From contig CAWFGE010000011.1 in NCBI GenBank assembly GCA_963815195.1, forward strand, positions 32,001-96,000: a stretch of DNA of 64,000 nucleotides, given 5' to 3'. This stretch comes from an uncultured Planctomycetaceae bacterium (GTDB lineage Bacteria; Planctomycetota; Planctomycetia; Planctomycetales; Planctomycetaceae). Under the pieces are notes generated by a model, which was given only the letters and a program-made list of their open reading frames with translations, made no database searches and was not told the DNA's origin. The position numbers and the translations under genes were made by a program. Shown here piece after piece: positions 47,467-56,909 of this stretch; positions within the stretch are counted from its first letter, which is position 1, and each line of letters begins with the position of its first letter.

Positions 47467-48066
47467 TCAATCCTCAACCGACTTCCGCGGATCGGAGACG
47501 CCGCGCTCTTTCAGTTTCTCCTGCAGTTTCTCCCGCGCGAGCCGCAGCCGGCTCTTGGTCGTGGGGAGCGAAGTCTCCATGACCTCGGCGACTTCGGGGA
47601 GCGACAGGCCCGCGTAATGGTGCAGCGTGAACGTCAGCCGCTGCTCTTCGGGGATCTCGTCCAACAGCCCATCCACAAGCTCCGCGAGTTCCCGCTGCCC
47701 CGCGTGAACGTCCGGCGGCAGGACTTCGCCGGCGAGCCGGGCCATCGCATCGGCCTGGTCTTTGTCGTGATGGCCTTTGACCGCCCGGATCAACGCATCA
47801 CGCGACTGCTTGCGGACGTTGTCGATCATCAAATTCCGCCCGATGCGGTACATCCAGCCCCGAAACCGGCCCTGCGGCAGATAGTCCCACGACTGGTCAT
47901 AAATCCGCAAAAGCGTTTCCTGCGCGAGATCCTCGGCCATTTGGGCATCCCGCGTGTTGCGGAAGAAAAACCCGATCAAAGGCCCTTGGTGCCGGTCCAT
48001 CAAGTCCCGAAACGCCCGCGGATCTCCTTCCTGGATTCGGACCATCAACTGATCGTCTTCCGTCAT
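47467..48066 (-). CDS. ECF RNA polymerase sigma factor
   Basis: AEDLAQETLLRI, FRGWMYRIGRN, TKSRLRLAREKL. Confidence 0.92.
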   Translation of the reverse strand: MTEDDQLMVRIQEGDPRAFRDLMDRHQGPLIGFFFRNTRDAQMAEDLAQETLLRIYDQSWDYLPQGRFRGWMYRIGRNLMIDNVRKQSRDALIRAVKGHHDKDQADAMARLAGEVLPPDVHAGQRELAELVDGLLDEIPEEQRLTFTLHHYAGLSLPEVAEVMETSLPTTKSRLRLAREKLQEKLKERGVSDPRKSVED

Positions 48067-48407
48067 GGGCGAAACTTCCCGAGTGGCGAGAACCGCACCA
48101 GCCCGGCGTTTTGGGCTGATGTTTTCTCCTCGATGAATAGATCTCAGCGGGCAAAGAGAACGGACGCAAAACCCGCGGCTGTTGACCGCGTGTTTCTGCT
48201 TTCTACTATAATACCTTTGGCTGAGAGCCGAAAGTTGAAAGAAACGGATTGGGTGGCGATCGCAAAGACCACGCCCTTCGTTCCTCAGGGACGTGCCACC
48301 CGTGCCACCCAAGTTCCTGTCTACTTTTGTGGAACACACTCTGTTTTAAACGTCAATCCCTTCACGTTTCATGGAAAAGGCTGTTTGTGTCGTTGGCGAA
48401 TTTGCGG

Positions 48408-49620
48408 ATGGTGAGCGTTCCGTATGGAACCCGAAAAGAGTTTTCCTGCGAGATCGATGCCTCGCGGATTATCGAAGTGGCTCCCAGCCCCCGGCCCCAT
48501 CCGGATTTGGCGAGCCAGCTTCGGCAGGCGCTGGCGTGCCCGCTGGATTATCCGCCGCTCGCGCGGTCGGTGATTCCCGACGACCGCGTCGTTTTGGCCC
48601 TCGACCGCGAAACGCCCCAGGCGAAGGAACTGCTCGCCGGCGTCTGGGCCGACCTGGAAAAAGCCGGCGTCCGCCCCCAAGACGTGACCCTGCTCCAGCC
48701 CGCCCCTCGATCTGGATCGCCTTTTTTGGAGGCTGCCGAGATTCTGCCGCATCCGGAGATGATTTCCGTGGTGCATGCCCCGGCGTCCGAGGACGATTGC
48801 CGTTATTTGGCCTCCACGGTCGGCGGCGAGCGGATTTATCTGGCCAAGGAACTCCTGGAAGCCGAGGTCGTGATCACCATCGGCCCGATCGCGTTCGATG
48901 CGGTGATCGGCTACCGAGGCACGAACAGCGTGTTCTATCCCGGCCTGTCGTCGCCCGCCGCCAAAGTCAAAGCCGCGGGCCAAGGGCACCGGGAGCTCGG
49001 GCCCGAGAACGACCGCCCGCTCCGGCAGTTGATCGATGAAGTCGCCTGGCTGTTGGGCTCGCAGTTTTCCGTGCAGGTTGTGCCTTCGCTGTTCGGCGGC
49101 GCGGCCCATGTGCTGGCCGGGCAATCGGACGCCGTGCTCCGCCGGGGCAAGGAACTCATCAATCAGCATTGGCTGGTCGAGTCTCGATTACCGGGCGGAG
49201 ATCGTGGTCGTCGGCGTGGAAGAAGACGCCGCGGGCCACGGCTGGACGCAGATCGGATCGGCCCTCGCCGCCGCGCGGAGCCTGGTCTCCAAAGGCGGGC
49301 GGATCGTGGTGCTGTCGGACGTGAACGTGCCGCCCGGCGAAGGCCTCAAAATGCTGATGCGCTACGAAGACGCGACCGAAGGCCTGCGCCCGCTGAGGCA
49401 GGCGGCTCCCGAAGATTTGATTCCCGCGACCGAACTCGCCGAGGCCGCGGATTGGGCCGACGTGTACCTCTTAAGCCGGTTGGACAGCGACCTCGTGGAA
49501 GACCTGTTCATGGCCCCGTTGGAATCCGAAGCCGAGGTCAAACGCCTGTTGGGCCTCGATGAGCAGGTCCTGTTCCTCCCCTCCGCCCAACACCGCTTCG
49601 GCCGCATCCGCGAGCGGTGA
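48408..49620 (+). CDS. Lactate racemase (LarA) domain-like protein, frameshift near 49185
   Basis: QALACPLDYPPL, VIGYRG...FYPGLS, VSKGGRIVVLS. Confidence 0.65.
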
Positions 49621-49684
49621 GAAACACCCGGCGAGGGAGAGCCGTAGAGTGGGCACCAGTGGGCACTCTACTTGCTGCTGGAAA

Positions 49685-49754
49685 GCACCGGCAACAAGTT
49701 GCCAGTGGCACCCGAAAGACTCTTAACAATAACCCGGACTGACAGTGCCACCCC
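49685..49754. repeat. REPIN homologous (inverted) to 11953-12029
   Basis: gcaccggcaacaagttgccagtggcacccgaaa...actgacagtgccacc. Confidence 0.85.
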
Positions 49755-51555
49755 GCCGCGTTGATCGACCAGCCAGCCCTCATCGAACAGGTTGAGGAAC
49801 GGCTTCCACACGTTGGGGTGGGCTTTCTCGGCTTCGTCCAAGAGGAACACCGCGTAGGGGTCGGCGTTGAGTTCGTTGACCAGCCGACCGCCTTGGTCGT
49901 GGCCCACGTAGCCCGGCGGCACGCCGATGATCCCCGACACCGTGTGCGGCTCGGTGAAGTTGCCCATCGAGTACACTTGTAATCGACCCGTGGCCGAGTA
50001 CAACCGGGCCAGGGCCTTGGCCAGTTCCGTTTTGCCCACGCCCGTCATCCCGGCGAACAGCAGCACCGAGGCGGGGCGGTCCGGTTCGGTCAGGCCGGCT
50101 TTGATCAGCTTGAGTTCGGTGGCCACGACCTCGACGGCCTCCGCCTGACCCACCACCGAAGCCTTGAGTGCCGCTTCGTAATCCGCCGAGCCGCCATCGC
50201 CGGAGAGCGTTTCGACCGGCACGCCCGTGAGTTCGGCGACCACCCGCACCACATCCTCGGCCCGCACCCGGTTCTCGTCCGCCGATGCTCTGAGTGCGGG
50301 CGAAGCTGACGTTCTCACAAGCCCGTCTCAGAATTTTTTCCGCCTTGGCCGGATGCCGTTCGCTGAGCACAAACGCCGAGGCCAGCGCCACCGTGCGTCT
50401 GGGCACATCGTCATCCAGTCGCACTTGATGCTCGCGTTCGAGTTCGTCTCGCTTCGCTTCCAGAAACGCCAGGCTCTCCTCATCGCTGGGCTCATCGATT
50501 TCGATGCGGGTGATGAGGTCCGAAAGCCCGGCATCGCCAGCCAGGAGGTCTTGATATTCCCAAGTCGAGAGACTGCCGATCAATTGCAATCCCGACCGCG
50601 TGAGCACCGCCCGCAGAAAGGCCAGGTTATCGGCGGAGCGTTTGAGGAGCGGACCCAAGCCATCCAGACACAGCACCAGATTCTCCCAATCCCCCACCTC
50701 ACGGACGATTCGCTCCAACACCGCCCGCCCATCTTCGGGCGGCACACTCGAACAATCCAACCGCAAAAACCGCTTGTCGGCCAGAAACGGATACCGCCCC
50801 TCCGCCGCCCGCCGCGCCAGTTCCCGAAGCACCACCGTCTTGCCCACCCCCTTATCCCCGGTCACCACCACATGCTTCGCCTCCCCCCGAAACAGCGACC
50901 GAGCCATCTTCTCATACACATCCCCCTGGGCAAAACTCCGCTCCATCGCCGCCGGCAACCCACCCGACAAAGCCAAAAACGTCAAATCCTCCGCCCCCAA
51001 TGCTTGCCGCATCACCGGCGAAAGCCGCTCCGTCCAATCATCCACCGAAGTGCGTTTCCTCCGCCTCATTGCCGGTTTCTTCTTCCCCCTGCTCAAACTC
51101 CACCTGAAACGGCAACTTCTCAAACACCTGCTTCAAGAAATGCGGCGCCTCCGCCAAAACCGCCGCCCAAAGATGCTGCGGTTCGATCTGTGATCTGCAT
51201 CGTTCTCCGCAAACTCGAAGGCCGTCACTAACACCCGCTGCACATCCTCCGTCAGGAAGTTGCGTGATAGTTCTAACGGTTTCCGTGGTGTTTCCTCGGC
51301 TCCAACGACCTCCTTCAGTTTCGCCGTGAGTTCTTGAACTGCCTCAGCATTGTCACCCTCACTCGGCTGATCGATCATTGAGAGCAGCAACGCGCTGAGG
51401 CCAATTTGCGCATGGCCTAATTGTTCGGCTTGGATCAACGACTTTTCGATAATGAGCCATGCCGTTTCGCCGAACAAATCTTCTGACAAGGCGACTGATC
51501 CACCAGGAAACAGCGTATCCGAAGGAATCTCGTTATTTACATCAACAGTGGACAT
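49755..51555 (-). pseudogene. ClpA/ClpB/ClpV-type double AAA+ ATPase, 3'-truncated, ~3 frameshifts
   Basis: Clp-N-like repeats, GDKGVGKT, GMTGVGKTELAKALA, GVPPGYVG, LLDEAEKAHP; similarity stops at GWLVDQRG where the REPIN begins. Confidence 0.85.
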
Positions 51556-51717
51556 ATTCGTATATTCCCGAAAGATAAGAGGATTTCATTCCCATATTGC
51601 TATCTAATGGTTTGTCGATGTCCCACCATGCTCGATTCATCCCCTTGTATTGTGCCATTTATCTCGCACAGCAACCTCCCCAAACACTGGCCGTCAACAG
51701 TAGCAATGATTTGACGT

Positions 51718-52518
51718 TCACAGGAAAATCAGATTCTCAGCCTTTAACGTGTCAAAAACAGCTTGGCGCTGATTATCAGAAACTTCCCAGAGCTTGACTC
51801 GCTCATCGATTTCCTTCAATGTTCCGCGTGAAGGGTCTGCCTTGATCCATTCCTCCAAACGCTTACCCTCCACATTACCATCGAGTTGATACGACGTCAG
51901 AAAATTCCACGGATAAACATCTCGAAGAATACCCTTCTTATAAACCTCGTTAGGTATGGCGTTATATCCCCATCGCGAAATTCTGAGACCCTCAGCATCT
52001 CTCTCTTTTTCTATCTCCGGTGAAGGATCTGGAGAGCGATATTTATTCAATCCCACTGCATACAAAACTGGCCCTAAACTGTGAGCACGAGCGTAACCAA
52101 TCCCATAGCATGGCTGGAGCTTCTCGCAGATCGTATGTGCAAATTCAGTCAACAATGTGTCTTCGAAATTCAAAAACGTCTTTCGAACTCCAAACGTGAA
52201 GTACGACTCCTCGCGAAGGTCTAAATCAGCCGTCGCCTCCCAATCTGAAACAGGTATCTTACCACCAGGAGTCATACGATAAATCGATATTCCTTCGACA
52301 TTACTTATGCCAGTACGTTGGAGCCTAGGATGGATTCGTTGAAATGAGCCTGGTCGTCCGGAAAAGCCCGTGCCGGTGACAGCAAGTTTGTCCGGCCCTA
52401 GTCCAAGTCTGGAAAAAAAATCAAGCAGAGCGTGATAAAATGATGTGACTGGCTTTGCACGCTTGCGCAATCCATAGAAAGCAAGCGCCACACACTCATC
52501 AGAAGCTTCATCAATCAT
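51718..52518 (-). CDS. Putative immunity protein
   Basis: Starts ~20 bp after the toxin stop with AAGGA RBS; low GC; GILRDVYPWNFL...LEEWI...LWEV. Confidence 0.6.
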   Translation of the reverse strand: MIDEASDECVALAFYGLRKRAKPVTSFYHALLDFFSRLGLGPDKLAVTGTGFSGRPGSFQRIHPRLQRTGISNVEGISIYRMTPGGKIPVSDWEATADLDLREESYFTFGVRKTFLNFEDTLLTEFAHTICEKLQPCYGIGYARAHSLGPVLYAVGLNKYRSPDPSPEIEKERDAEGLRISRWGYNAIPNEVYKKGILRDVYPWNFLTSYQLDGNVEGKRLEEWIKADPSRGTLKEIDERVKLWEVSDNQRQAVFDTLKAENLIFL

Positions 52519-52539
52519 GCTTTTATCCTTTCTCAAATT

Positions 52540-54176
52540 TCAAATTGGATCGCGGTCCAAGACCCGAATCTCACCCTGTTTGTCATCTGGCAATCGCTGC
52601 ATTTCGCTAGATAATCTTGATCGAAGTTCTCGAGCTGTATCTCCTTCCGACAAAACTTCCCAGGCATCAACTTTGCCATCACATCTAATGCCGATAATGT
52701 CTGGGCGGAAGCCTGAGGGATTTTCACGGCCTGTTGCGGTCCGCCAAGCCAAATCCATTGTCAAATACTGATACTTTCCAGTTTTGGCTTGTTCTTCCGC
52801 AATCCGCCGCACGGTTTCCGCATGTGGATTTAGTCCCGTGGTTTCGTCATCAGATCCAGTTTCTTGAGCTTCTCCGTAAACAAAGACTGGGCCCTTAGAA
52901 CTGTAGTATACTTGCGCACCAAATCCAGTTCGATAAACTATGTCAAAACCACTGTCGCATTCATTGTCCAATTCGCACTTTTCAGCGATCGCTTCTGCCA
53001 AAGCGTAGACGGCCTCCACAAGCGTTCGATACATGCGAGATTTTTCTTTGCCGATTCCCTTTGTGAGTCGTATATTATCGTAGTCTCGTTCCGCATGTTC
53101 GACTGCATCCTTCTCACTCTGAACTTTCTTTTTGCATTTTGCGGACATCCCATCCCAATCCTTGGTCGGACTGGCCTTAATCCAGATCGTCCCGCCTTTA
53201 TCAATCCAGACTGTGGCGAGTTGCTTCTTCGCACGAGCCGTTTTCGCAAAGACTTTATCATCGGATTTTATCCCAAACTTTGCCCCAACAGCTTTGACAA
53301 CTCTCTCAATCGGTGAGAACACAGCTTCCACAAGCTTTTGCAGAAGTTCGTCTGCTTTTTTCTCTAGGCCGCCGAGAGCTTCGCTGATCTTTCCAGGTAA
53401 GTCAGCGATCTGCGCAATTTTCGCAATGAATTTGAAAATGGGAACCAATGTGTCCGAAAGCCCCTGTTCGACCTTTGTCGCGATGGTGCCAACCGCCTTA
53501 CCGGTGACGACATCATCGACCGTTTCCACAAACTTATTCAGCAAGCATCTCAGGCCGGGACAACTTTCAAGGAAGCCGGCGATCACATCCAGAATCAAAA
53601 GAATCCAACCGGCTCCCGGAACGGCCTTGACCAACAGCTTCGTGACCAGTTTGGCGATGAAGCCCGGGAGGATGTCGGTAATAACGTTTGTGAACAGGGA
53701 GCCAATGTTTTCTTCCAACTTTTGTGGTAGCTGCTGCAAATACTCAAATGCCTTGTCGGCCCATGTCCCCAGAATATCCTTGATCCAATCAATACCGGCG
53801 TCAATCCCTTTATCGGCAAACTCTTGCAAAGCCCCTGCCGCTGACATGAAAAATCCGATAGCGCCCGGCAGGATCTGGTCAGCCTTGGAACGCACGTTTT
53901 CAAACGTCCAACCCAGAGTGTCGGCAAGCACCTTCACAAGCCCAAGGAAATTGAATTTTGGATAAATGGCATTAACGAAGCCTTGAAAATCAATTTTATC
54001 CAGCTTCGTCCATTTCTTGAGGGCGTTTCCGAGTCTCTTGAAAAACTTATTTGGATCCTTAAATCGCTCGAATCCCTGTCCTACGCCTTCGGCAAGGGTC
54101 TGAAAAGCCTTTTGGCTGCCGCCAAAAATCAAATCGAGCAGTTTCGATCCGGCATTGGCACCATCTGTAAGTTTTT
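52540..54176 (-). pseudogene. 5'-truncated polymorphic toxin: helical delivery-type domain plus putative PD-(D/E)XK nuclease tip
   Basis: Frame is open into the REP at 54177 with no convincing start; amphipathic helical region; C-terminal RPDIIGIRCDGKVDAWEVLS. Confidence 0.65.
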
Positions 54177-54224
54177 GTAGGGCAGGCTCCCGCCTGCCTT
54201 TTTCCGTTATTTGGCAATCGTCAA

Positions 54225-56002
54225 CCCGGATTATTCATCAGGTCCGTGCGTGGTGAGTATTTCCGTGGCGGAAAGTGCACAGGGTGGTTGGGGAGCGGAG
54301 GATGGGCGGACCGCCCCCTTTCCCCCTGGGGCCTGGCGATCGTTGGGTGAGTGAAGGAAAGAAACAGAAAGGCGGATGCCACGATGGCGAACTGCTCAGT
54401 CCCGAAGAACCAGTTGCTCATGGGCGTGACGTGGGAGAGGTGTGTAGGGCCGCGGGCGAGCTCCACGCGGACGTGGCCAGAGGTTGGCCAGACGCAGCGA
54501 TCGGATGCGGGAAGACATCGCGGCCCAAAACGCGCTCACGCTTTCCTCAATGTAAATCACGAGGCGGCGGGAGTGCTTCACGACCCGCGCTCCTGTCCGC
54601 AGCACCGACTGCTGGAAACGATGCAAGTCCCAGCAACCGCCCAACTCGTCCTCGAACTCGATCCGCAGCATCGACGCCAGGTTGAACGCCAGCAGGCCCA
54701 ACAGCAACGTCACTTCGTTCTCCGCAAACACCGATGACGAAAGACGGCAGCCAATCACCGCGTTGAATTCGCCCAGCCGGTCCTCGAACGTGCCGCGCTT
54801 GCGGTAGTGCGACAACACCTCATCCGCCGAGCGTTGCTCCTCGGTCCAGTTTGTGATCAGGAAGAAGTAACGCGGAAACAGAGCCAGTTGGCCCGTCTTC
54901 GCCTCCGGCTTGTCGACGATGACCAGAATCACCCGCTGCGGATGACGCCAGCCCTCGGCTTGGTACTTTCCGAGTTCGATCACGTCCTCATATCCCCCTT
55001 TGGGCGGCCGGCCCGCGGGACGTGTCAGATAGGGCGCGGCCATCTCTTCCAGCACGTTGTTCTTCTTGATTCTCCCGCAAAAACGGATGTTTTCGTCGGT
55101 CAACTCATCCAACACCGGGCCGGCGATGAAACCCGCATCGATCCGGAGGTCGAAGCTCCACGCCAGTTGCCGGGCCTTGCCGACCACGTTGCGAATAAAC
55201 CGCCGGATGCCATTGGCCGTATGCACGCTGCCTTGCCGCAGGATGGCATGAATGAAGCCGTTCCCCAGCCGCTGGCCTTCCCGCGCGCTATCGTAGTCGC
55301 CGCCGACCGAGAAACTAGCGACCAGCGGATGATAGACGGTCTCCTTGTAGTAACCGTTGTAGCGGGCCCCCGGCTGCTGGCCATAAACCTGCATCGGGAA
55401 ACTGTCGATGTCGATGGTGGCGTAGCGGACGCGGCGGTCGCTGTCGCCGGTGCTTTTGATGTGCCGATGGATCCAGTCGAACAAGGCGCTCCGCACGGCC
55501 TCGAGATTCGTCTTGCAGTCGGCCAGCCAATCGATGAGCCGGGATTGGGTGGGTTGGCTGGCCAGGCGTTGGTTGAGCACTTCTTCGCCGGGCCGGTCCC
55601 AGGCGGCCATCTTCATGGCGGGATCATGGGCGAGCCGGTCGAGATCATCCTGATCGGACTCTCCCAGGGCCATGGCGTAGATTCTTTCCCGCAGCAGTTC
55701 GACGCCTTGATAGCGGACGCGGTCTTGCCGGCGAGGATCGATCAGTCGATCGGCAAGGGATTCGGTGAGTCCGAGCCGATGATCGAAGTCCCGCAGCAGA
55801 ACGGCACCGGAGTGTGACGTGAGCCGCCCATCGACGGCCTTGACCTTGATGGAACGATTGAAATCGGGCTCGAAAATGTTAGGCTGAGCTTCACCCATCG
55901 CGTGATTCCTCCGTATGGTGTTGGGATTGCATATAACACTTAAACGCAGAGGGTCACGCGATGGTTCCTTCTTTTTTCAGCTTTTTTGGTGAATAATCCG
56001 GG
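54225..56002 (-). mobile_element. IS1380-family insertion sequence, 1778 bp
   Basis: 13-bp TIR cccggattattca / tgaataatccggg; 5-bp TSD GTCAA at 54220-54224 and 56003-56007. Confidence 0.92.
54396..55898 (-). CDS. IS1380-family DDE transposase
   Basis: LTSHSGAVLL, LASQPTQSRL, IDIDS, YHPL, RIDAGF, YRKRGTFEDRLGE. Confidence 0.92.
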   Translation of the reverse strand: MGEAQPNIFEPDFNRSIKVKAVDGRLTSHSGAVLLRDFDHRLGLTESLADRLIDPRRQDRVRYQGVELLRERIYAMALGESDQDDLDRLAHDPAMKMAAWDRPGEEVLNQRLASQPTQSRLIDWLADCKTNLEAVRSALFDWIHRHIKSTGDSDRRVRYATIDIDSFPMQVYGQQPGARYNGYYKETVYHPLVASFSVGGDYDSAREGQRLGNGFIHAILRQGSVHTANGIRRFIRNVVGKARQLAWSFDLRIDAGFIAGPVLDELTDENIRFCGRIKKNNVLEEMAAPYLTRPAGRPPKGGYEDVIELGKYQAEGWRHPQRVILVIVDKPEAKTGQLALFPRYFFLITNWTEEQRSADEVLSHYRKRGTFEDRLGEFNAVIGCRLSSSVFAENEVTLLLGLLAFNLASMLRIEFEDELGGCWDLHRFQQSVLRTGARVVKHSRRLVIYIEESVSAFWAAMSSRIRSLRLANLWPRPRGARPRPYTPLPRHAHEQLVLRD

Positions 56003-56196
56003 GTCAATCAATAGAAAATAGAAGGCAGGCAGGAGCCTGCCCTACTCGCCTGCCTTTTTCCGTTATTTGGCAATCGTCAATCAATAGAAAATAGAAGGCA
56101 GGCAGGAGCCTGCCCTACTCGACTGTTCCTCCCCTCCGCCCAACACCGCTTCGGCCGCATCCGCGAGCGGTGAGAAACACCCGGCGAGGGAGAGCC

Positions 56197-56259
56197 GTAG
56201 AGTGGGGATCGCCCACCATTATTTGGTCGAGAACCATTGGTGGGCGATGCCCACCCTAC
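56197..56259. repeat. GTAG-type REPIN
   Basis: gtagagtggggatcgcccacc and inverted ggtgggcgatgcccaccctac. Confidence 0.8.
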
Positions 56260-56548
56260 TTACCTTGCAAATGGACGCGACCGCGTTGCCCGCGAAGCCT
56301 GCGAGGATGCAGGCCAGCCAGAGATTCGAGAGGCCGCCGCCGGTGAGGAGGTCGGTGTAAGCGCGGGTCAAGCCGCAACCCGGGCAGGCGTGGAATGTCG
56401 CCTGGACCGGGCAAGACCAGCCGGCCAGCGGAACCAGAGCGCGGAGCCCGGCGTACATCGTCCAGAGAACGAACGGCAGATTGTAGCCTATGACAATCCG
56501 CCACGCGCGCCGCTTCGGGCTAACGCTTGAGCTCGTTTCCCTCGGCAT
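56219..56548 (-). CDS. DUF2752-family membrane protein
   Basis: CP....HACPGCGLTRA motif, next to a TM2 gene. Confidence 0.75.
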   Translation of the reverse strand: MPRETSSSVSPKRRAWRIVIGYNLPFVLWTMYAGLRALVPLAGWSCPVQATFHACPGCGLTRAYTDLLTGGGLSNLWLACILAGFAGNAVASICKVSRVGIAHQWFSTK

Positions 56549-56735
56549 CCTTCATTTTTCCCATGAGGATCATGATGAAGTCGATCAGGGCCCAAACTCC
56601 GCAGCCGCCCAGCGTGAGAAGCTTCAAGACGCCGAGGCCCGTGTAGCCGAGGTAAAACCGGTCCACGCCCAATCCGCCGAGAAAGAAGGACAACAATGCC
56701 GTCGTCGTAAAGTCCCGTTGCTTCAGTTCATTCAT
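56520..56735 (-). CDS. TM2-domain protein
   Basis: LLSFFLGGLGVDRFYLG...KLLTLGGCGVWALIDFI. Confidence 0.92.
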   Translation of the reverse strand: MNELKQRDFTTTALLSFFLGGLGVDRFYLGYTGLGVLKLLTLGGCGVWALIDFIMILMGKMKDAEGNELKR

Positions 56736-56909
56736 CGTGAGAGGCTCCTGTTGCGAGAGGGGAAAGCAAGAAAGGCGGCCGTCGAAAGGTTCTTCATCAA
56801 GAACGGAAGGCATTCTGCCCCAAGCGTTACTGATTGTCAATTGTCCCGTGCTGTGCAGCTTTTGAGTTTCAACAGCCGACACCCCCCGGCGTGCAAGTTC
56901 TGCGTATCT

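Larger units (their letters stand above)
49570..56206. mobile_element. ~6.5 kb island between perfect 84-bp direct repeats (49570-49653, 56123-56206)
   Basis: ctgttcctcccctccgcccaacacc...gagagccgtagagtggg identical at both ends; lower-GC cargo; REPINs at both inner edges. Confidence 0.88.

Noticed and set aside
48147..48195. gggcaaa...ggacgcaaaacc resembling a c-di-GMP-I riboswitch
   Set aside because: Only ~6 nt separate the motifs, so the GNRA-capped P2 stem is missing
49570..49653. Phage or ICE att site
   Set aside because: No tRNA, integrase or phage genes in or beside the island, though an integrase acting in trans cannot be excluded
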